64,000 nucleotides of DNA, from NCBI GenBank assembly GCA_027604505.1, contig JADIIX010000020.1, positions 124,001 to 188,000 of the forward strand, written 5' to 3'. This stretch comes from Gonapodya sp. JEL0774 (lineage: Eukaryota). Position numbers and translations under genes: made by a program. The notes beneath the pieces were generated by a model. It was given only the letters and a program-made list of their open reading frames with translations. It did no database searches and had not been told where the DNA came from. Below are positions 1-11,300 of the stretch, piece by piece; the stretch's first letter is position 1; every line of letters begins with the position of its first letter.

Positions 1-1565
1 TGGTAACGTTGATCACCCAGATTAATCAAGCTCACACGAATCGCTTTGTCTGTGATTCCGCTGTGGATGGAATTCAACTGACAGGCATCCTGACAAGAAT
101 CCCGAGAAGAAAGACGAAGCGCAGACGAAATTTGTGGAAATCTCGGAAGGTACTTCTCACGAAGTGGCTTTTGAATGTCGGTGTGGTCAATTTAGCTGTC
201 CACTTGATTCCTATATAGCATATGAAGTGCTGTCAGATGAGGAAAAGCGAAGAATCTACGACCAGTACGGGGAAGAAGGACTTAAGCAAACACAAGGAGG
301 AGGACAACATCATAACCCGTTTGATGTGTTTTCTCAGTGCGTTGTGGAACCGCATTGGGTATGGGTTTAGCGGATGTGTGCTTATCTTCAAATTTCCAAA
401 CCTTGCACAATGCAGATTTTTCGGTGGAAGTTTTGGCGGTTTGTCTCTTTTCGTTTGTATTCTGTTAGGCTGCCGAATTGAAGGTGATTCGTACCAATCC
501 TTCGAAGGCCACCAACAGAGACAAGAGCGTAAGGGCCCGGAAATCAATATGGACTTGGAGGTCACTTTAGAGGATCTCTTTATCGGTCGGGACATAGACG
601 TAGGTCCAAGAACTTCGGCGATTTAAACCTCTAATTGTGATGTATCAAGAATCCTCGCACTTGATAGGTAGAGTTAAGTAAGCAGGTACTTTGTCCCAAG
701 TGCCGTGGGACCGGTGGAAAGAACCCCGACGATGTAACTACCTGTTCAAGCTGCAATGGACATGGTATTCGAGTTGTGAGGCAGCAGCTGGGCCCGGGAA
801 TGTTTCAGCAAATGCAAACAACGTGAGCAACAGTGGCAATGGAACTTTTCCTTCGAGTGTTCCAACGATATCTGAGAGCTTGTTAACGCTTCCACCTTGG
901 CAGCTGCGACGTGTGTGGCGGCAAAGGAAAGGTTGTCAAGACAAAATGCCCCCACTGCCACGGCAAAAAGGTCAAGCGAAGATCCAACCAGATATCTATT
1001 GCTGTGGAGCGGGGTATGACAGACGGACAGAAGATAGTGTTTGAGCGGGAAGGCGACCAAGCTCCGGATGTCACCCCGGGCGATGTGGTGTTTACCTTGA
1101 AAACAGCACAACACCCTGTCTTCACTCGAGTGGGGGATAACCTGTACACTCAAGAGACAATAACACTCGAAGAAGCCCTTCTTGGATTCAGGAAGCAGCT
1201 GAAGCACCTGGATGGAGAGTACGTGGTGATTGAGCGGAATGGGACAGTAACACAGCCTGGTGAGCTCCGTGGTTTGTGTGATGTAGTTGTTGGACTATTT
1301 CGCCTGATTAGCCATTGCCATCGATACAGGATATGTTCAAGAACTGCTAGGAGAAGGGATGCCCCTGCATACTTTCCCTAGCGAACGGGGCAAGCTATAC
1401 GTGGAGTACAGTGTCGTCCTCCCAACCAAAATCTCTGCAAAGCAAGCTGAAAGTGAGCGGATTTTTGTCCATGTCCTAGATTTGTCTGTAATATGTTCTG
1501 TTCTCTCGCCCCTCAACTCAGCGATATCACATATGTTTGGTAAATTGAGTAAAGATGAATTGTAG
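1..1565 (+). CDS. SCJ1: ER-lumenal type I DnaJ/Hsp40 co-chaperone (Scj1-like), 5'-partial, multi-exon
   Basis: J-domain HPDKN (~86-100) and [22 protein letters not shown]; four CxxCxGxG-type zinc-finger repeats ([32 protein letters not shown]); C-terminal DnaJ domain; ends SKDEL* (ER retrieval) at 1565. Confidence 0.9.
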
Positions 1566-1911
1566 AGTTCAAATAAATCTATGTAGACTACTCCTCATCA
1601 GTTGCTCTACTTTGCCTTACTTATCAGAGTGCACTGAGAAGCTGTCGAATGATAGTTGGAACACTGCGAGGACAAAAGAAGAGACGGTGAGGATTGGTCA
1701 CACATGTCCACTTCTGGGGTTTGGACGAACGACCTCCATCCCAACAACAAAATCAGCAGCAGGACGGGTCTGTTGAACGAAACTAGGCGAGATCACCGTC
1801 GCAAGATTGAGCAGTGCAGACATGGCAGGAACATGTTCTACTCAAGTCCGTAAAATATGCATATCAATCGTACAGTTCTATCGTGTAGGATTAACCTTCC
1901 TGCCTATGCGA

Positions 1912-3509
1912 TCACCAACCCCTCTTCGCCATTTTTTGATCCTCCGGCAGAATGTCACAGTTAATTCCAACCATTGGCTCACCTACGAGAACAGGATACA
2001 CACGCTCAAAAAAGAATGGAGCCAGGAAACGCACCCGACCCTCTGTGGCACTCACCCAAGTCCTCGCTTACTTCCGCCAAGACCTTGGCGTCGTTGAAGT
2101 GTGTAACAGCTTTAACAATAGCTCGGGCACGCTTGGCAGGGTCTCCCGACTTGAAAATGCCGGATCCAACAAAGACACCGTCCATGCCGAGTTGCATCAT
2201 CTGCGTGTAGGGCAAATAGTGTTTGTCTTGGTACAAACATGGAATTGAAGGATCCCATGCTGCCAATGGGCACTTACCAGAGCAGCATCCGCTGGCGTTG
2301 CAACACCTCCTGCGGCAAAATTGACAACGGGAAGTCGCCCTAATTGGGCGGTCTCCTTCAAGAGGTGGTAGGGAGCGCCGAGCTCCTTGGCGTACGTGAA
2401 GAGCTCCTCCTCGCTCATAGCCTGGGCCCTTCGGATGTCCGATCGCACCTGGCGAGCGTGCCTGACAGCTTCTACAACGTTACCCGTGCCAGCCTCGCCC
2501 TTGGTGCGTATCATTGCGGCACCTTCGTTGATCCGTCGCAGAGCCTCGCCGAGATTGCGGCAGCCACATACGAAGGGAATACTATACTTATTCTTGTCAA
2601 TGTGGTTGACGTCATCAGCGGGGGTGAGGACTTCGGATTCGTCAATGTAGTCGATGCCCAGGGCTTCCAGAATCTGGAACGTGATGGAAGGAAGGGATGG
2701 TTAGGCATGATAGACACAAGTTTCACAGATTACAAAATCAATCAAGTTATGAATTAAAGTCGTGGGGTGATGACACAATCAGAGAGTGGGAGTTGGGAGT
2801 GCGATTCAAAGTCGCACGTTGAATCGAACCTACAGGGTGGAGCTGCCCCCACCCCAAAACACTCACTTGAGCCTCAACAAAGTGGCCAATACGGACTTTG
2901 GCCATGACTGGGATAGTCACTGCAGCTTTAATCTCTCTAATCATCTGAATAGCCCATAGTCAGTACTCCAACTTGAGTGGCACAGTTGAGAACAACATAC
3001 TTTCGGGTCAGACATTCGTGCAACGCCGCCTGAAAGATTGGAAGACAGTAGTAAGGATTCGCTGTCCTTAGGAAGCTCATAACCCGTTTTGATTCCCCTC
3101 ACCGTCCTTCCGGATGTCAGCGGGCACACGCTCCAACGCCATAACAGCGACCGCTCCGGCTTCCTCGGCAATCCTGGCTTGTTCCACATTCACGACATCC
3201 ATGATAACACCTCCCTAGAATAGAAAGATGGACGGTTTTCAGACATGACTTGGTACGGCCGACACATCGTTGATCCGATTCCTCGGCGACAAAGAGAACA
3301 AGCTTCCATTCTTCGAGCGTCGGTAGAGCGTAAGGGTGATTGTGTTCGCTGGATCCGAGTTCCAAATTGAAAGACACAACGATTCCATTTCCGCGTTTCC
3401 TCACCTTGAGCATTTGCGCGAGCCCGGCCTTGAGTTTGAACTTTCCTTCGATGCCATTCGTGGCAGAGTGGGAGCCGTTAGTGAGGTTTGATGGAACTTG
3501 GAAAGACAT
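1912..3509 (-). CDS. PDX1: Pyridoxal 5'-phosphate synthase subunit PDX1/SNZ, multi-exon
   Basis: [86 protein letters not shown]; last exon ends MAKRGW* (TGA 1912-1914). Confidence 0.96.
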
Positions 3510-3881
3510 GATTACGAATCGATTCTACTTCCTTGCGGGAGATGAAAACCGCAGGTTCATTTACACCCCGGTGACCACGGGCACAGCCGGACCTTTGGCG
3601 GGCCGTTATCCACCCAAAGCATCCTGTTGCAGGGTCATCCCGTCCTTCTATCGATTTTTCTATTTTGTGTTGACTCCGTCCTGTACTCCGCAAAGTTGGT
3701 GGTCGTGTGGAGCAGGGTGGCAAGAATCACGGTGTTCCAACTTCAAAGTTCGCTTTTGTAGTTGATTCGAGCGCTACAAGAGCAATTCCGAGGCAACTCG
3801 CAGAAACTCAAGTCGAATAGTGACAAAAGCCCCCAATCTCGAACCCGAATCTTCAAAAACTACGTGAATCATCGCCGTGAA

Positions 3882-6265
3882 ATGGATTCGCTCGTCAATC
3901 ATGTTCTCGCGATCTGCCCCGATATGGAGACCAGGCGACAGGACATCATTCGAGATCTGAACTTCACCAAAAGTGCGGAGCAGACAATCAACCGGTTAGG
4001 GCTTGGTCGTCTTCTCGCAGTTCTGCACATTTGTGCACTACTCACTCCTCTTTGATTGGAATGAAACCACAGAATTTTCGATGGAACATTGCTGCAAGGT
4101 GTGAAGGGTGATGACTCTCACGCTGCAAGGGCGGATGGGCAACGCTTCCCTCCAAGCCCGTTGTCCAGTAGCAGCAGCGGTATTGGTGTTCTCTCGTCAC
4201 CAGAGGACATCATTTCAAGGTGAGCACATTATCATGGCTGGCTCAATGTGGTTAGCCTTTGAAATTTCAGCGTGTTCCAACGAGAGCAGAAGCAACAAGT
4301 CCCTGTCTCGCGCGTCCCGACCAACCTACCGCGATCCGTCACCTGCATTCGACCTAGACGACGACCACGATCGTTACGGTGATTCTATTGTCTACGACCT
4401 CGCCGGCGCATCCTCCCATTCGACTCTCCCCCGCCTTCGAAACCTGCCCTCGATCCCTCCCTTGTCAGAGCCGCCGTCCCCACAACCCAAACCCGTCAAC
4501 CGCATCAAACCCCCGCCTCTCAAGCTACTCGACATATCGGACGATGAAGAGGATCAATATACGGTGAAGGCATCAGAGGCGTCCTCCTCTACTAGGGTGA
4601 AGTTTCCTGGACCACCGCCCACAGCAGCCAAAACTCAACCTCGTTGGAAACCCATCCGTATACCGGGGAACATCTCATCGTCGTCTTCGGAGCCCAGCTC
4701 GCCGGATGAAGTTTCAGACAGAGGCCCGAATCCTGGGAAGGGTATTTACGGGGACCTGTCCGGTGACGACGCTGCACCTGCTCCAAAGAAAAGGCGGGCA
4801 AAGAAAACTCAGGGTGAAGCAACGGAAGATGAGCGGAAGAAAGAAGCTGCCAGACGGGCCAGAGTGAGTGGATTGCACAATCGACCCATATGTCGTGTCC
4901 GTCGAAGAGCCTCACCCTCTGTACCACAGGAACGTGAACGGGAGGAGAAGCGACGTTCAAAAGATGATGAGAAAGAGCGAAAGAAAGCTGAAAGGGAACT
5001 GAAAAAGAAAAGACGAGAAGAGGAAAAGGTGAAGGTCGATTGGAAGGGTTTTCCAGCCGACTCACGTGAGTCACTGGGTATAGCTCACGCACTTCATCTT
5101 TAGGCGGAACGAGAGGAAGAGAAACGTCTCGAACGGCAGCAGCGTGATGCGAACCGGCTCAGGTCGAAAACTGATGGCATGGCCGAGATGATCGTGGACG
5201 TCGACCTCACGATAGTCAACGAAACATCGTTTGGTGTCGCCCTCCTCGCAGATTTGAAAAAACTCGGCATCCTTGCTGTGAATGCGGTGCAGCTACCGGT
5301 TCCCAACACTGTTCAGTGGAAGCGCAGGGCTTCGGTGAGGTACGACGTCGAGAAAGAGAGGTTTGACCCCGTACCAGAGTACGAGGAAACAGAGAATCAA
5401 GTGGTGGTAATGCTGGATGCGTTTGAGTTCGCTGCTGTCGCTGGGGATCCTAATGATCTTAGAGGGCACATAGCGGTCGTACAGAGAGCCTACCCGGACC
5501 AACAAGTAACATATGTAATCGTGGGCGTTCGGGAGTACTTCAAAAAACATCAAACGCTTCGCAAACAGGAACACCGGAATCAGTTTCTTGGGATAGATGG
5601 GGCCGCAGCGCCAACCTCGAGGAAAGGGAAGAAAAAAGGCGTCGACGTCTCTCAGCTTCCGGACCCGGAAAAGTTTGAGCAACGAATGCTATGGATGCAA
5701 ATGGTTGGCGGTTGCAAACTGGTGGAGTGTCACAACCCTGAAATGTTGATTGAGTGGATGCACTCGTTCACCCAGGAAATCGGAATAAAACCCTACGCGT
5801 GAGTGCGAGTTCCAAGTGATGTTTCAACGAGTTATCAAGGGGTGCTCCACTGATTCTTCCGTTCAAAGCGCGTGGAAGGAGAACTTGTTCGATTTTGACC
5901 ACAACTCCATCCGCTGCGGTACCGGCAGTGCTGACACCTGGCTTAAGATTCTTATGGGCATGCACCGACTAACAGAGGGTCACGCCCGCGCCATCGTCGA
6001 AAAGTTTCCTACGGTGCAATCACTCGTGGACGCGTACTCACTGTGTGGAAACGACACTAGCAAAGCGTCCAAGCTTTTGGCGGAAATACAAGTGAGCTTG
6101 AAGCGTTGATTGCCGGAATGTCTCTTATGGAAGATTGATGGACAATGTACTGTGAAGGTAAACAATGGTACCATCCACGCACCCAGCTGGCGCAAAATTG
6201 GCCCGGCCTTGTCGAACCGTATTTTTACGTATTTTACTGCATCCGATCCGTTAGTTGGTCTGTAG
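3882..6265 (+). CDS. EME1: Crossover-junction endonuclease non-catalytic subunit EME1/Mms4-like (degenerate ERCC4 + HhH), multi-exon
   Basis: Low-complexity and charged coiled-coil N-half; EMIVDVD...LPVPNTVQWKR...VTYVIVG degenerate ERCC4 domain; DTWLKIL..HRLTEGHARAIVEKFPTVQSLVDAY and terminal RKIGPALSNRIFTYFTASDP, typical of EME1 C-termini. Confidence 0.8.
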
Positions 6266-6350
6266 TGTTTTGTTATATCTTACTATGATGCGTCATTCCC
6301 GAATGTATCGTGTAAGAATCGGCACGCAAAATTTCATCCCGACCTTCAAC

Positions 6351-7127
6351 ATGAGTCGACTGCCCTTTGGTGCTTCGCGATTTGCTATGAACGCACCTCT
6401 CCGACTGCAATCGCCATGCAATCGGATGTTGTCATCTGCTGCCAAAGTGGGTGCTGTTGAGTGATGGAGTGGGAACTGTTACGACAACTTCCGTGCCCGC
6501 TGTATCAGCCTTACCGAATCCTCGGTCTCCAACAAATTGCCATTGGTGGTTTGGATAAAGGCGCTTTGAAGTCTCTTTGGGTGGACAGTTTCGGTTTGAA
6601 GCAAAAAGGTTCGTATCAGTGACTTCTCGGAACCTAATGCGGATCCATCGTTTCGCCCCGAAAACTTACAACTGAACTTTTTGAAAAAGGAACATTCCAG
6701 AGCGTAAAGGAGAATGTAGATGAGGATATTCTGGAGCTCGGGGCGGGGCCACTGGCCGTGGAGGTTGATATAATGCAACCATTGGATGCAAGTAAGTCAC
6801 CAAAGGTAAGGGTTCCTTACAGGCAGAAACTTGCTTGTGTGGGAGCTACACAAATCATTGCGTGGTCGTGTACAGGTTCATGTCCCGCCTCTTAACCACA
6901 TTGGCCTTTGGGTCGACAATATCGAGAAAGCTGTCGAGCACATGACACAAGAGGGCTTCAGGTTCACACCAGGTGGTATTCGTGTAGGAGCCGCAGGCTA
7001 CAAAGTGACGTTTGTTCATCCAAAAGGAAATGAGGCCACTCCAAAAAGCGGAGAAGGAGTACTGATTGAGCTGGTGCAAGCACCCCCTGAAGTTATTTCG
7101 GAGTATGACAGGCTTCTGAAAAAGTAG
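6351..7127 (+). CDS. Mitochondrial VOC/glyoxalase-fold protein, probable methylmalonyl-CoA epimerase, 4 exons
   Basis: Arg/Ser-rich presequence [11 protein letters not shown]...; [70 protein letters not shown]. Confidence 0.75.
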
Positions 7128-7189
7128 TAGTGTATTTTGTGAAGTTTCTCGATGAGCTGTATCAGGCAACCACACTTTTTCACCAAACG

Positions 7190-8298
7190 ATGTCAAAGAA
7201 ACCAATGATTCCCGCGGTCTCTTCAAACTGGAAGAAGCTGTCGTCTAAACTTGCGACTATTGATACACGAAGAAAGCGAAGAAATCCACCCATTGAGGAA
7301 TCAAGTCCTTCAGTGAAGCGAATCCGATTGGATAACCGGAGAAAGTGAGCAAACCCCATCAATTCTTCTTCGCTCTGGCTTGAGGCAATATGTTTTGACT
7401 TCCTTGTTGTGCAGTAAAGCCAATTCGCAGGTCAATCCTCCGCCTGTTCCTTCGTTTCCTCGCGGATCCAACTTTTCGCATCGCCCTGCTGCACCCATAC
7501 ACAGAGCACCTGCAATACCATCTACCCTTCCAATTTCTGGAAGTAGTTCGGGGATGTCTTCTTCAGAGCTTCCTTCCACAGTGGGAGAGTGGTTCACTAA
7601 ACTGAATACAGAGGAAGTGAATACTGTGAAGGGCAATGATAGGTTCGCACCCTCGAAAAAGCAACACTTCCAATGATTTTTTGTTTGTTCGCAACTCTGA
7701 CTTTGCTATTGATTAGAGTCGGCAAGTATTTGGCCATTGACTGCGAAATGGTCGGTGTAGGGCCTGATGGGAGTCGGTCAATGCTCGCACGAGTGTCGAT
7801 TGTCAACTACCATGGATTTTGCGTTATGGACGAGTTTGTAGAACCTATGGAGCGAGTCACTGACTACCGCACTGCTGTTAGTGGGATAACCCCTGAACTT
7901 CTTCAGAATGGTACGTCATTTTCTCATTCCGTGCACCCGGGATTCGATGTGACCGTTCTCCTCGATTGATATTCATAGCAAAACCGTTTAAAGTCGTTCA
8001 AAATCGTGTTGCAGAGCTGTTGACAGGGCGCATTCTTGTTGGTCACTCCCTCCGCAATGACTTGGACTGTCTGCTGTTGTCCCACCCCCATCGTGACGTC
8101 AAGGATACGTCTCAGTTTGCGCCATTCCGAAAAATGGCGAAAGGACGCTCGCCTGCGCTCCGGAGGCTTGCAAAAGACATCCTCGGGTTGGACATTCAAG
8201 GTGGCCAGCACAGCAGTGTTGAAGACGCTCGAGTTGCAATGTTGTTGTACAGAAGCTTTAAATCCGATTGGGATCACTCACTGCCACCATCTAGCTAG
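7190..8298 (+). CDS. REX4: RNA exonuclease 4 (DEDDh)
   Basis: N-terminal [57 protein letters not shown] motifs. Confidence 0.93.
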
Positions 8299-8328
8299 AC
8301 CTGTATTGTATCTACAGTTAAAACTTTA

Positions 8329-11300
8329 TCAATTGCGGTACAGTATTGGAAGAGTGTTGACATCATATTGCCCCCTCTCAGCCTCCATAATTGAATTAAA
8401 GATCATGCTTTCCAACATCCCTTCCAGCGCGTCTTGAAACCATTCCACACTATGAAAGGTTGAAAGTCTATTAAATCATTTGAATCGGGAAGTTCTTTCG
8501 ATGTTCTGGAACTCACTTGATCGCCTTCTCAAAATGGGCTCGTCCATTTGGAACCTCCGCCGCTTCAAAATCGATCGCAGAGTCTGCTTGCTTTAGTTGG
8601 TTGAAGAAAGTGGGTACTTCACCCTGCAGATCAACTAGGATGGTGTCAATGTCTAGCTCCGTGGAAATTGCGTCGATGAGACTAATCAGAACTGATTCAA
8701 CTAAGATCTCCAGACCAGGAATGCGCTAAAAAAAATCCAAAATTATTATTGGTTTCCGTATTGATACAACCGCAGCCTGTGTGAGCGAACCTTCGGATTG
8801 CCGTCACGTTTGTAGTCCATCATTTTAGGTACACAATACGTGTCGGCATGTCGATTTAGTTGCAGGAAGTCAATCAGCTCGTAAGAATCTGCACAGATTG
8901 TGAGAAACAGCAGGGATGCTTTCGGCTTCACTGTTGATAAAAGGTCGTCGCTGTCACCTTCGATGGATTGGGCTAGGCAACGTTCGATCCATTTCGATCA
9001 GGAAATCCTTTCACACAATCTTGTTTCCGTTATCATACCTGACAATCCTGACAACATCCTTGGCAGTGGAGAATTTGGTCGGTGTGGTTGACGATGCGAA
9101 TGAGGAACAGAAGCAAAAGACTTGTCGAGGCGTGAGCCCACGTAACTGATGGGAGGGAGTGGAGAATACTTGAGAATCCGCAAATCTCGTGATCCAGTTA
9201 TGTCAAGAGAAGAGCTTGTTCCGTGTCGCTCCCTGCGAATTTGCTCCGCTGCATGCAGTTTATCTTCATATGCGAGCTGAAATGGAGCAGCCTCTCAATT
9301 TTTGAGGGACTTTCGGAGGTTTTAACTATCTCACCATCTCATCTTGATTCTCAATTTCGCACGCAACGTCGACAATGTTTACTCTCGATTCCTGTGGCGA
9401 ACAGAATATGACACGGCAGGCCTGCCTCTTCCCAGGCGGCAGAGTTCCAGATTGAGGATATATATGAACCAAACCTGCAGACTATGTCAGAATAGTAATG
9501 GAGCAAACACGCGGGATAGAAATTCACCCGGTTTGGTCTGCCATTTGTAGATAATGCTTGTGCAAGAAGAGGTGTTTTCGACGAACACTAAATCCCGCAG
9601 AACGACGCCGACCGGTACTGGTCCATAATCCAAGCGCTCTTTCGATATTTTTGCAATTTGATCTGTCAAGATCAGTTGTTGTTCGAGTGGTATGGATTGG
9701 TCTTCCCAAAGTATCTTTAAACAAATCACGTTACTGAGCTCATTTACTCCGCAGACACCCTCATCGACAGTTGCGTACCTGTTCGTTACCTTGACCCACT
9801 AATACAACTGTCTTGGTAGTACCGTTATCAAATCGCAGGTCAACTGCAACCTGATGCTCTCGTGGTAAGTTATTCATCTCAAAACGCCGATTCGGAGATC
9901 GCACTTTATACTTCTTTGCTTCCAGAGGCCGAAAGATCCACTCCAAATTGAAACTTTCACCGGACTTGATCGTTCCAGAAGAACAATTGCAAAAGAAAAT
10001 TTGTGTGTGGTAGTTCTCTCGGCTCACCTGCCAAGAGAACATATCAAGTAATCTCAAAGAACTTAAAGAACGTTAGTCATGCGTACTTCCTGCAGCGCCT
10101 CGAGCTCAACAGTAAAGCGAGCAGGAGCAGACCCTTTGTTCGACAAAGAGAGAATCTACAACAGGCTCCCATTGTCAGAATAACCTGTACTGGCCCTTGC
10201 AAAATGGGCGCAACTCACTTGCTTAGGTGGTGATGTGCATGCAAAAGACACAGGGCGAAAGATATGGTCTTCGCCCTTGAGATGCACGTGTGGTTCATTT
10301 TGTCTGACGGTGACCCCAGTGAACAGGAGAAGGCACTCTTTCCCTGAGGTCATGGAAATGTGTTCGATTGTGAGACAGAGTGTAGGTCATTGAATTCAAA
10401 TGATGAGAAAGGAAGCTTTCCACCCGAGCTCACCAATTGGAGGTGGTCCGTTTTTGATTTTCAGAGTAACAGGAAGCCGATGAAGACCGGTGATTGCATG
10501 TGTATACTTGAGCTCGACCTGAGAAATCTCGTGGGGCGGCAGGGTGCCCATCTGCCATTGTTTGAACGGGTCAAAATGGAATCTAATTAGATACCTAGAA
10601 GCTCCCACAATAATTCACCTTCGGTGTAACTGAAAAAATGTGATTGTCCGTCACAAAATTATTGGCCAGCTGTTCGTCAGGGTAGTCGCTCTGTTTTGCC
10701 CATTCTTCTACGTCGCTCTGGGAACGACCAAAAGAAAATCTTAGGATCAGTGAACAAACCTTCATGCCAAATATCCAACTCAAATCCGCACCTCAAAATC
10801 GTTAGGAAACACTAATGCCCACTCAACAGGCACGACGCTCTCATTCTTGAAACAGAGGATCACTGTCGAGGCAATTGCCCTGACGCGTAGAACCACGCAA
10901 AACCAGGATGAAAAAAGAAACGAGGAAACATGACCAATAAAACGAGTTATATAGACGGTAAAGGGAAAGGTCAATCGATTTCAAGACGTGGTCAAAAGCG
11001 TGGAAGTTTGATCGAATTTGGTAATAATTGGCACGGTGCACTGATTGCTCACCCAACGGATGCTGCTCCAAAATCAAATAGATATGGGTTTCCTTGTTCC
11101 TCCTTCATTCATTTTTTGGTATTAGTGTCATCAACTTTATAAAATCAATCCAAACTGGATACCTTGGACTTCGTCATTCGTTGAAGATCTTCGTTCAAGC
11201 TGGACAGGCTAAACAAACCCCAAAGAGAGCTCTTGCTCAACCCTTCAAATAATGTGTTATCGCACGACAAAATATATGAAGTTCCCTCAAATACACACCT

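Noticed and set aside
3510..3881. Expected SNZ/SNO (PDX1/PDX2) divergent pair or a riboswitch at PDX1
   Set aside because: The divergent gene is EME1-like, not a glutaminase; no riboswitch consensus recognised
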